64,000 nt of DNA, from assembly GCA_040954595.2 (NCBI GenBank), contig CM082586.2, forward strand, positions 11,811,337-11,875,336. Direction: 5' to 3'. The DNA comes from Balanoglossus misakiensis. Taxonomy: Eukaryota; Animalia; Hemichordata. The translations under genes were made by a program, and so were the position numbers. Below the pieces are notes generated by a model that saw only the letters and a program-made list of their open reading frames with translations, searched no databases and was not told the DNA's origin. Of this stretch, positions 1-11,573 are shown piece by piece. The number at the start of each line of letters is the position of its first letter. The first letter of the stretch is position 1.

Positions 1-856
1 GGCATCTGTGGTGGGCGGCGTGGAACTTTACTTGGTGGCGTGCCGGGAAGGAAGGTGCTCTCCTCAGCTCAACTGCCACCAATAAACTGGCCCACAGCAG
101 ATGAGTTCATTTCAACAGGTGCCAAGCTCTTTGGCTAGAATAGATAAAATATATTGATGCCGCAATGAATGAATGAAAACAGTATGAATGACCAGTCAAT
201 GGAGCTCTCCAATGGCACGTAAGATCTGTCTTGAAATTGCAGAAAGTACTCTAATTTGAAACAGGGTTAAAGACCATACAACACACCCAGCAGTGAGGGC
301 GCTTTAGTGCATGTACACAATTAATAATTGATGCAGGACGGCTTGCCAATTAAATGTCTATTTTACAGAAAATATAAGGTACTTTCTCCATTTCCATTAC
401 AGATCTAGAATAGGCAAATTTGCAATTACACTCACTCGCATGAATGAATGCTGGCATCTGTGGTGGGCGGCGTGGAACTTTACTTGGTGGCGTGCCGGGA
501 AGGAAGGTGCTCTCCTCAGCTCAACTGCCACCAATAAACTGGCCCACAGCAGATGAGTTCATTTCAACAGGTGCCAAGCTCTTTGGCTAGAATAGATAAA
601 ATATATTGATGCCGCAATGAATGAATGAAAACAGTATGAATGACCAGTCAATGGAGCTCTCCAATGGCACGTAAGATCTGTCTTGAAATTGCAGAAAGTA
701 CTCTAATTTGAAACAGGGTTAAAGACCATACAACACACCCAGCAGTGAGGGCGCTTTAGTGCATGTACACAATTAATAATTGATGCAGGACGGCTTGCCA
801 ATTAAATGTCTATTTTACAGAAAATATAAGGTACTTTCTCCATTTCCATTACAGAT
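1..856. repeat. Tandem repeat, 452-bp unit, about 1.9 near-identical copies (likely continues left of the window)
   Basis: GGCATCTGTGGTGGGCGG occurs at 1 and 453; identity continues to ...CCATTACAGAT (404 vs 856). Confidence 0.95.
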
Positions 857-969
857 GTATGTACGTATTTATGCATGTATGTAGCCAGCAAACACACAAA
901 ACATATTGTGTATATTCAATTCCATACAGTGTTTGATAATAAATATGTTGCTGTTTTACAATTTGGCAT

Positions 970-2700
970 TCACTGCTGATAATTAGGTTTCCATAGATAC
1001 AAGCGGAATGCAATAGAAGAGGGATAACCATATACATGTATAGAAAAGGTAGGTTACCCCTTCCCCTATCATCCAAATACTACCACAGAGGGTGCTATAC
1101 TATATGACCATCAACTGAGTATCATTCAAATACTCTGTGCACAGTGGGTAAATACACATTTGTTTTTTTAGGAGACTTTCATCAGTTGCAGTAAAATACA
1201 ACGTGACTACACTATATACACCAATGAGAATGGCCATGTAATTCAGAGAGTGCTTGATATTAAAACTGTTTCATAGTTGTGGCCTTTACTGCTGATAATT
1301 AGGTTACCATAGATACAAGCCCAATGCAACAGGACAGGGATAAACATATGCAAAGACAAGATTAAACCCCACCTCCATAATCAAAATACTACCGCAGAGG
1401 GCGCTATACTATATGACCATCAACTGAGTATCATTCAAATACTCTGTGCACAGTGGGTAAAGACACATTTGGTTTTTTAGGAGACTTTCATCAGTTGCAG
1501 TAAAATACAACGTGACTACACTATATACACCAATGAGAATGGCCGTGTAATTCAGAGAGTGCTTGATATTAAAACTGTTTCATAGTTGTGGCCTTTACTG
1601 CTGATAATTAGGTTACCATAGATACAAGCCCAATGCAACATGACAGGGATAAACATATGCAAAGACAAGATTTAACCCCACCTCCATAATCAAAATACTA
1701 CCACAGAGGGCGCTATACTATATGACCATCAACTGAGTATCATTCAAATACTCTGTGCACAGTGGGTAAAGACACATTTGGTTTTTTAGGAGACTTTCAT
1801 CAGTTGCAGTAAAATACAACGTGACTACACTATATACACCAATGAGAATGGCCGTGTAATTCAGAGAGTGCTTGATATTAAAACTGTTTCATAGTTGCGG
1901 CCTTTACTGCTGATAATTAGGTTACCATAGATACAAGCCCAATGCAACAGGACAGGGATAAACATATGCAAAGACAAGATTAAACCCCACCTCCATAATC
2001 AAAATACTACCGCAGAGGGCGCTATACTATATGACCATCAACTGAGTATCATTCAAATACTCTGTGCACAGTGGGTAAAGACACATTTGGTTTTTTAGGA
2101 GACTTTCATCAGTTGCAGTAAAATACAACGTGACTACACTATATACACCAATGAGAATGGCCGTGTAATTCAGAGAGTGCTTGATATTAAAACTGTTTCA
2201 TAGTTGTGGCCTTTACTGCTGATAATTAGGTTACCATAGATACAAGCCCAATGCAACATGACAGGGATAAACATATGCAAAGACAAGATTTAACCACACC
2301 TCCATAATCAAAATACTACCACAGAGGGCGCTATACTATATGACCATCAACTGAGTATCATTCAAATACTCTGTGCACAGTGGGTAAAGACACATTTGGT
2401 TTTTTAGGAGACTTTCATCAGTTGCAGTAAAATACAACGTGACTACACTATATACACCAATGAGAATGGCCGTGTAATTCAGAGAGTGCTTGATATTAAA
2501 ACTGTTTCATAGTTGCGGCCTTTACTGCTGATAATTAGGTTACCATAGATACAAGTGGAATGGAACCGGACAGGGATAAACATACAAAGGCTAGGTTAAC
2601 CCCCCCCCCAAATACTACCACAGAGGGCGCTATACTGATCATCAAGTCAGTACCATTGAAATAAATCTGTGCAGAGTGGGTAAATTAGGCATTTGGTTCT
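970..2700. repeat. Tandem repeat, ~309-bp unit, about 5.5 copies, with alternating variants (618-bp dimer)
   Basis: ACTGCTGATAATTAGGTT recurs about every 309 bp; ACCGCAG/ACCACAG and CAACAGG/CAACATG alternate between units; first and last units are degenerate. Confidence 0.93.
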
Positions 2701-3049
2701 TCAGATTTTCATAAGTTGCACTAAAATGCTATGTGGCCCACTACAAGGACAAATAAGTCAAAAATGGCAAATTTGACGTTTACTTTGAGGTTGGCATGGG
2801 GCAAACGAGACAATACAAGAACACTGAAACTCAATTAGTGAAACACTAAAGTTGTACTTTATTTCTCTAACAAACTTAGAGAAAATTTACATGGCCATCT
2901 TTTTACTCAGAGACCTGATGTTGAATAGAAATGTGGTAGTGCAGGTCCACATGAGTGCCGTGTACTAGCCTCTCTCTCTGCAAATCCATCCACAACTTGC
3001 ATGCAGATAGTGGGAGTCTGATGTAAGCAACTACTGCAGTTAATACTTA

Positions 3050-3935
3050 CAAAGTGTATTCCCTCCAACACCCCATGGACGGTATCATGTCATCACCAGT
3101 AGCTATATGTTCTTCTAACACCTTGAGAGAAAAAAATGGATTGTTACTGATAGATTACAAAGCACTGACAATACAAGAGGGGGAGGGGTAAGGTTTGTTG
3201 AGAGCAGTTGTTTTTTGCTAAACATTAGTGAAAATATGAAATTATTGACATGTAGGATTTAAATTTTATGATGTAAGAGTATTTTATAATATCTCACCGG
3301 GACTTCAGTTGTCGCTGTAGTATTTAACCCAAGTTTAACTGTGCCACCCATGTCCATGCATGGCAAGGTTTTCTCTCCCAAAAGTTTCAGTTTGGTATCC
3401 CAGTTACCATCAGTTGCACTTACTCCACGCCTTCTAAGTTGAATGCGATTTACCATCACAGGATTCATACTGTGGTGCAAAGACAATTAAAAACATCGAT
3501 TGTAAGTCATTTGGTAGTGATACCATTGTGACCAAACCTCGTTTTAAAATACATGTAATCTGTCCTCGAAACTATCATTGTTTTTTTTCTAGAATATTAG
3601 AACGCGTTCAAAAATAAAAATGCGACCTGTAAGCGAGTGCCGCGTTTCAATTGGTACTGACGATAAACACCGCCACTCGGAGATAAAATCAACGTTTTTC
3701 TTAAATGCAAGTGAACGCATGGAGGCGGCCATATTGAATTTAGGTTACATCCCAAGACATTCCGACTGGGCTTCAGGTGGATTCGGGAAAGGTCTCTAAA
3801 ACATAATCGGTCATCCAATTTTGTATACTAAATTTCTAAAAATGTAGGACATGGGAGGTTAACATACCCACAATGACTACACACAAAAAAGGGCCCAGGC
3901 GTTTCGGGGTGCGATTGTTACGTACCTTAGCTCCA
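3050..3935 (-). pseudogene. Degenerate inverted copy (copy C) of the tandem OB-fold gene: end of exon 1, intron 1, exon 3, probable exon 4
   Basis: ORF 3259..3486 (TDGNWDTKLKLLGEKTLP..GGTVKLGLNTTATTEV) parallels 7878-8084 (TDGTRDAEVNLWGEKTALP..GATVKLG..LNTTATTEV); 3590-3935 is the reverse complement of 4180-4530; AG acceptor near 3122 and GTAAGT donor near 3050. Confidence 0.7.
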
Positions 3936-3946
3936 TCATCTGCAAC

Positions 3947-4758
3947 CGTGCAGCCAAGGCGTGGCAGTGAAATTGTGCCTCATTGAGGATACAGTCTAGA
4001 TCCGGAATTCAGCCAACGGCAAACTGTTTAGCGTGCCTTGTATGCAGCAGGATGGCAACGTTCTGGAACTTAAATTCTGGAAAGAAAATCCGAAATAGCT
4101 GAACAGATAACAGAAGAGAGAATACATACAGCTCCGCAACTTTTCCACTGGAAGATATAATACCATTTGCCTCTATGATAGAGCAAAGGTATGTTATAAT
4201 CGCACCCCGAAACTTATGGGCCTTTTTTTTGCCGTAGTCATTTTGGGTATCTTAACCTCCCATCTTCTACATTTTTAGAAATTTACTCTACAAAATTGAA
4301 TGACCCATTACATTTTAGAGACCTTTCCCGAATTCAACCGAAGCCCAATGGGAAGGTCTTCGGATGTAATCCAATATGGCAGCCTCCATGCGATCACGTA
4401 CATTGAAAATCCATTGATTTCATCGCCGATTACCGATGTTTATCGTCAATACCGATTCAAACGCGGCACTCGTTTACAAGTCGCATTTATTTTTGATCGC
4501 GTTCCAATATTTTAAACAAACTAGATTACTGATAAAAATGCTCAAATTTTTTCCTCCAAATGCCACCTTTACGGATTCAGTCACACAACTTACAGACTAC
4601 GCCAAACTTTTTTCCAGATCATACCTTGCGGGCGAAAAGCGATGGATATACCTGAAAAATTGGTAACAGAATTTTATCATCCGCCACAAATAATGATATC
4701 AGAAGTCGAGATATCTCCACAGAAGAAGAGGGTGTGCGTTGTAGGAAAAGTCCATGAT
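3947..4758 (+). pseudogene. Copy A of tandem OB-fold gene: damaged exon 1 and intact exon 2 (4618-4758)
   Basis: 3955-4410 is near-identical to 7227-7690 but has an in-frame TAG at 4096 where copy B has TGG; exon 2 has a TTTTCCAG acceptor, a GTGAGT donor and reads IIPCGRKAMDIPEKLVTEFYHPPQIMISEVEISPQKKRVCVVGKVHD. Confidence 0.75.
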
Positions 4759-4786
4759 GTGAGTACTGTCAAATGTTGCACAAATA

Positions 4787-7187
4787 GCCGTTAAACCTGA
4801 AATATAGATTGAAAGTGGATATTGTTTTACACAATTTTTGAACATTGAAGTAAAGTATTATAATGATGGAATCCGATAAAAAAGTGAGTTGGTAATTTCG
4901 GCATCCGACTTCGTTATTAAAAATGGAAAGGTTTGCGATTCGGTTCAAGTAGTATTTGCAAGTTTGAAAGGAAATATTTCATTGAAGTACAGTGGCAACT
5001 ACTGCATCATTGAGAATCTTTGAAATGTTGATGAACGGAGACTTATAATAGAATAAATGAAAACCTACCTTTAACGGTGTTAGGGTTACTACACCTGACA
5101 GACCGCTGGTCTGCGTCCGACCGATTCTGAGCTCCTACCTCTTGTGGAGACATGCGGAGGTACAGCGGGTTAACGGTTAGAAAGTGTTGATGAAAGCAAT
5201 GATTAATTACATAGGCCAATCAGGATCCTGGAGTTAGATATTCGAGTGAAATGGTGGAAAAACGGGAATGCCGATTGGTTCAATTTAACCGGAGGGAAAT
5301 TGCTACATTATATGACGTCAGTTGCGAACGATAATGCATATATTAAGCTAAGGTTGAATCCGGTTTTTCCATCAAGCACAACCATATTTCAGTCATATAA
5401 AAAACGAAGAAAATAACACTAAAAAAATATTTCCTTTTTAAAAACTTCACTATAGCATTATTATAATGATGTACGTCGTACATAACATGATACACGTGAC
5501 ATCTTCTTGTTCAGAGTTTTAAAACAGGTAGAGAGTGCCCATGGGTAACCCGAAAACACACAAACCGGGTAAAAAAATGAAAGTCCTGCGAAGGCCAGGA
5601 GTATACACTGAAAAATTACAATAAATCTAGTACAAAAGTTTGTATCCTCACGAATAATTAACTCTGATTGCATAAGTTTATTTCCGTCTCATTACCTTCT
5701 GAAAGCAAATCACTCACTTGCCGGTAAAAGTTGAGTAAAATACTACATCTAAACTGCATAGCGATGGCGGCCCATAAAAATAATTGCCCAGTGTCCCACT
5801 TGCAATGCACAACTTTTTAGGCCAAGTGCTAATGATATTCGAATTTTTGAAGGTTACGCAATATACACATACATGTATAAATATTAATTTATGAACAATT
5901 TCCAGTGTTCACGCTGGGATTTCTTTCGTTCTAGTTTACTCGTTACATAATGTACCAATTCCCTCCGGTAAGTTGAGCCGATTCCCATCACTTTGAGCCA
6001 ATCGATATTCATGGTTTTTCAGCATTTCAGTCGACTATATTTACACCTGTTGCATGTCTTTGCAGTTTTTGACTTGACGCTTACAACCGAGTCGCACCGC
6101 ACGCAGTACTATCTTGTTGTCTTCATGTTTAGTTGTTGTTTTGCGCACACTATTTGCACAAAAATATCTGCTCGTTTTGTTATCAACGATCGAGTATATG
6201 TTAGGAAGTCCGACATAGAGAACTTTGTTCTAAATATTCAATGCCCCACAAATGATATACTAGACTGCTCGACACAACACACCCCAGCCATACTCCATTA
6301 GTACACGCCACAAACACCGTATTTATACAGCCTGAGGGATTTCAGCTTCGAACTTATTGCCCAATCATATTCGACTATTTCCAACCAATCCCCTTCTGAC
6401 TAATTGACCAATCACACGCTTCGAGCATAATTTCCAAAAAAGGGAAAACTAACCAATTTGCTACATCTTTCCGGTTTCATCTTCAACAGTTTCTAACATT
6501 TTTTTGGACCCCCCCCCCCCTCGATAAACACCCATACTCAAAGGGTAACTTCATTTAATTGTCAGTAAATAAAATCAATTCACAGTCTTATTACATGTAC
6601 TATTTATAATATACTCAAATTTCCACTACAAAGTATCTGTATATGTGCGTTAAATTCTGAAATCTTTCCACCCAAACCTCTAGTTATGCAAATTTAAATT
6701 GCTGTCTGTTGCGTTCGCCTACGGTTTCTCATTTTCGGACATTCGAATCTAACTCCTGATTGGCCTATAAACTTATTTCTTTCATCAACACTTTCTAACC
6801 GTTAACCCGCTGTACCTCCGCATGTCTCCACAAGAGCTAGGAGCTCAGAATCGGATGAACGAGACAAGCGGTCTCTCACGTTTAGTAACCGTAACACCGT
6901 TAAAGGTAGGTTTTCATTGATTCTAATAAGTCTCCGTTCAACAACATTTCAAAGATTCTCCATAACCCAGTAGTTGCCACTGTGCTTCAATGAAATATTT
7001 CCTTTCAAACTTGCAAATGGTAACCGAATCTCAAATCGCAAATCTTTCCATTTTTAATAACGAAGTCGGATGCCGCAATCACCAACTCACTTTTTTATCG
7101 GACTCCATCATTCTAATACTTTACTTCAATGTTCAAAAATTGTGTAAAACAATATCCACTCTCAATCTATATTTCAGGTTTAACGGC
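4787..7187. repeat. Inverted repeat pair, ~4787-5250 vs ~6735-7187 (upstream region of the OB-fold gene)
   Basis: CCGTTAAACCTGAAATATAGATTG at 4788 is the reverse complement of the sequence ending at 7186; the match extends to GGAGTTAGAT vs ATCTAACTCC. Confidence 0.9.
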
Positions 7188-7190
7188 GTT

Positions 7191-8084
7191 ATGGCATCCC
7201 CGGCTCCCGGTCCCTCATCCCCAACCAGCCAAGGCGTGGCACTGAAATTGCGCGTCATGGAGGATGTCGAGATCCGGAATTCCGCCAACGGGAAACTGTT
7301 TAGCGTGCCTTGTATGCAGCAGGATGGCAACGTTCTGGAACTTAAATTCTGGAAAGAAAATCCGAAGTGGCTGAACAGATTACAGAAGGGAGAATACGTA
7401 CAGCTCCGCAACTTTTCCACTGGAAGAGATAATACCATTTGCCTCTATGATAGAGCAAAGGTACGTTATAATCGCACCCCGAAACTTATGGGCCTGACTT
7501 TTTTTTTGCCGTAGTCATTTTGGGTATCTTAACCTCCCATCTTCTACATTTTTAGAAATTTACTCTACAAAATTGAATGACCCATTACATTTTAGAGACC
7601 TTTCCCGAATTCAACCGAAGCCCAATGGGAAGGTCTTCGGATGTAATCCAATATGGCAGCCTCCATGCGATCACGTACATTGAAAATCCATTTATATGAT
7701 ACAACCATGCCTTGTCAACTCACCTCGGGTCAAAATTACTGCCATCGATTCATCATTTTGCAGTTCAAATTTTAAAAAGCAACTGACAAAAAACAACCAC
7801 TCTTGCACTATTTCTCCACAACATTTACTACTCGTAATTATTAACATTCAATGTTTTCCATTTTATTTCCACTACAGTATGAATCAGTGACACATACATC
7901 GAATTCTACAAAGAGACGTAAACTGACCATAACTGATGGCACAAGAGATGCTGAAGTCAACCTTTGGGGTGAGAAAACAGCGCTGCCACTGGATGTAGGT
8001 GCCACAGTTAAACTAGGCCCATTGGTTATCAACAGATATAAAACATCGTCCACATTAAATACAACAGCGACAACTGAAGTGGAG
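7191..8084 (+). CDS. Copy B of tandem OB-fold nucleic-acid-binding protein (RPA70/HIN-like); exons 7191-7460 and 7878-8084; exon 2 absent, probably non-functional
   Basis: ATG at 7191, GTACGT donor at 7461, TACAG acceptor at 7877, GTGAGA donor at 8085. Exon 3 (RKLTITDGTRDAEVNLWGEK..LDVGATVKL..INRYK..LNTT) fits a classic OB-fold pattern; exon 1 (LKLRVM..KLFSVPC..LELKFW..LQKGEYVQLRNF) resembles a second OB fold. Confidence 0.65.
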
Positions 8085-8100
8085 GTGAGACATAAAATAC

Positions 8101-9537
8101 TGTTCCTGATGCTCCGTGAGAACTGTCAAGTAGCCACGGTTCTAGGCGACATAGGATGGATGTCCACGGTACGGGAGGAGGCCATGCATGTATACGGGAA
8201 GGAAAAGACCGAAGCCAACCTGCCCGTACCATCCGACGCAGCCATAAAAACCTGCACACTACCTCGGGAGTTCAATCCAGGCCGCGTACGTGGGGGATTC
8301 GTTGGCCATATCTCCCCGCAAGAGCCCACAAGAACCACCACCGCAGCTGACGACCTGGAGGAAACTTTGAGCATCTTCCGGGATCCGCAGCTGGAAAAAC
8401 AGGTACTCGGTGGCGACAAGGACCAGGCGATGGAGGTGTCGGAAGGGCCAGACCCACCCCGCACCCGTGTATCACCCCCAATAGCAGTAGCGAGAGACGG
8501 GGGAAACCAACGGCTGCTGCAGGAGCCATCACCCCCACGCCAAGAAATGCTGCCGCTGCAGTCACTGATCAACCCATTGGAGCTGGAGGCGACGTTGGAG
8601 GCGGGGGAATATCTAATCCCCTGGGAACTTCGACGCCACCCCGGCAGCCCTACTAGGTCCAGATCCCCAACCCGGTCGCCGCGACCGGAGCGTTCTCGAG
8701 AGGAAAGGCGGGACCGCCCACCTTCCCGTGAACGACCATCCTTTTCACGCTGGGGAGATCTCAGCCCCAGACGTCGATCACCGATCCGGTATCCGACGCT
8801 GGAACCGCCCAAAGAAGACGAACGCTGCTGGAGGAGCGCCAGGCCGGCCCGAAGGAGCCCCCTATCCTCTGTTCCACATTACTCATCAGGCCCTTCTCCA
8901 TGTCCGTTCCCGGGAGGCCGGAGGTCCACGCGCAAACTGAAGAAACACGCCTTTCAGTGCCACCTTCCAGTTATTTTTACTGAGAAGCCGGTAGTATTCC
9001 GCGAGCGGGACGCGGTGGAGGCGTTAGAGAAACTCACCTATACTGGCTGTGTGGTCCAGGAAATGAAATACCCGACCTGCTAGACTTTTATATCCGCAGG
9101 GGTGGACCTGGACGGATCCCTACGGAATCCTTTTGTTCACCGGAGTCCATGGTGATGATGAAGCGCCTGTGCGTCTTCCAGGGGTGGGAGGTGCCGAACA
9201 GGTTCCGACTGAGCTCCCCCACCACACCAGCGATTCTCATCCACTGGCGTGTCCTTAGCATACTGCTGAGGTGTGTATCCCAATCACGACAGGAAGAATT
9301 CCGGGAAATCCGACCTCACCGGAAAACATCATCAATCCGGACACAGCAACCAGAGAGGACGGGGGCGGAAGCAGTCGCACAGAATCCATCGACGCAGGGG
9401 GAGCGAGGACGCGCCAGGGGTTTTTGATGCATTTTTTATCCCCCAAGCGTGCGCGGAAGAGTGCCGAGTGGAAGACGCGCCCACCACCATAGATGACCTC
9501 ACTGACTACGATGTTGGTGTCCCCCCCCCGCATGTTT
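8101..9537 (+). pseudogene. GC-rich, frameshifted mobile-element ORF remnant with SR/P-rich linker and motifs like those preceding invertebrate TatD-like nuclease domains
   Basis: Abrupt GC rise after the 8085 donor; motifs CPFPG..KKHAFQCHLP, SPTTPAILIHWRVLSILL and a degenerate VFDAFF (cf. FDSHFH at a TatD start); stops and frameshifts at 9083 and beyond. Family assignment is from recollection. Confidence 0.45.
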
Positions 9538-11573
9538 AAAGGTTTCTATAGAAAAGCATTGTTGAGGTTCACAAAACTTTGAAGAAGCTTTGCAACCCTA
9601 ACTTTGGCCAAAGATTTGAATGTTAAGGTTTCACAAACGTAGTTACAGCTGAGGTTCAACTAAGACTAGTATAAGAGGCTTCAGCACGCCAAGTCTTGTA
9701 GCAAGCTTCAACACAAAGCTTTTTGCAACATTGTTCAAAGCGTTGTCAAAGGTACTGCACAACCCTGGTGAAGTAGTGCTATATTTTCAATTAAATGGCT
9801 TAAGCCATTTGTCTCTCCAACCAGAATTGCACCAGAGTTAAATACACACAGCTTGAAATTGTAAAATGTTGCAAAATCAAACGATCACATCCTTACACCT
9901 ATTATTAGAACCAGAAGTTGAGTCAAAATTTTCCTACCTAGAAATTTTCTTTCCTATGAAGTTTTTTGCTTATTGGCATTCATATGGGAGCCTAGACCTA
10001 TTCCAGCTGAGTTGCCAAAATGGCAATGTTGGACAATTCTTCTAATATGCATGATCAAAAATGGCCGCCAAATACCTTCTCTAAAATAAAACTTGGCCCT
10101 TTTTTCTCAAAATTATGTGAAATATCTAAAATTTCAGGATTTGCATCCATATTGGTTATGTATTGCAAATATGGCAGTGTTTGGCAACTTTTCTATTTTG
10201 CATAATCAAAAATGGCCGCCAATCACCACTAAAAGTGAAATTTTGCCATGTTTCCCAAAATGATGCGCAATATCGTATTTTCAGGATTAGCACATTCATA
10301 TGGGTACCTTTAACAATACAACTGTGTTGCAAATTTGGCAGTGTTACCGTACTAATCATGAAGCAAGGAAGTGCAACCTCTGTATCCCAAATATATGTCT
10401 ATCCCCACTGATAGGAGTCACAAAGAGCCAGCCCCTCTGCATCATCCTGTTCCTCAATCTCACGATGGGAATCCTTTTCAGAATTCCGACCTCAAAACAT
10501 CCAGGGATTCACCATCATTCACCACACCCTCGTCAGTATCCACCATGTTTAGATCCAATGCCTGAACATGTTGTCTCTTTATCTATGGATTGCGTTAAAG
10601 GCCAGTGGGAGTTTCATCTCCTTTTTTTGCAATTTTGACCATTTTTATCTGGTGCATAATGCTAGAGTACATATCATCCATACAGGATGATGCATGTACA
10701 GTGATGGGAAATGTATCAATCCACTCCTGCACTAGATTTGCATACAGTGCCATCCCTTTTAGGGCTATTTTCTTGACCCTTTTGATAGTCTGCTGGCCAA
10801 AAGTGGCTGGCCAAAGTGGCCAGCAGAGACATTCTTCCAATACCCTTCATAGTGCCAACAGACAAGGCTTGGATATACAACCTGTGTTGCTTGTAAGGCA
10901 CACATCTCCAATTGGTACATTGGGCCAATTATACTGTACATGTACAGCTAGGAAAAAATATACTTCATCATAGTTTCCATGGTCAGCAGCTTCAATAACT
11001 TGTTGCCTTTTCTTACTGAACATTTAGACTTATAAAGAAGTATAACAAGAATAAAGTTGTCCAATTAGTGTTGGCAGGGGGGTGGGGGATGTGTTCTCCC
11101 ATACAAAGGTGTATAGGTATGTAGTCTTTAAGAAAAACTTGGGGTAAATGACCAGAAAATTTGACTTATAATACGAATAGGTCGGGTTTTGGGCATTTAC
11201 ACGTGTTGATGTTATCGACTGGGGCGACAGACTACCATCCGAAAAAAATTGAAGTACCCCCCCCCCCTCGGGTGCCGGCCAGTGGGATGGAGGTGATAGA
11301 AACTGTTGCAGATACAATAGAGGCCTACAACCTGAAAACCTTCTGGCTTTAACCGAGGACTTGCCATTAAAGATACCTGTAGGCCCCTATATGCTGCTCC
11401 CACATACACTCCCAGTCCTAAACCTTGCATCTGATTTGTGGTGCAGATGAAGAATTAAGATTGGCTTGACAATTAGCACACTTAATTGCCTGTTATGAGA
11501 TATAAGATATGATATGATTTATTAACATACAATAAGGCCACAGGCCCATAGAGCAAATAATTTACATGTGAAG

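Noticed and set aside
7851-9083. Single 410-aa gene
   Set aside because: It spans an intron acceptor, an OB exon with a good donor at 8085, and an unrelated GC-rich insert.
10410-10870. Possible decayed coding sequence on the minus strand
   Set aside because: Coding-like composition but many stops and no motif I can assign.
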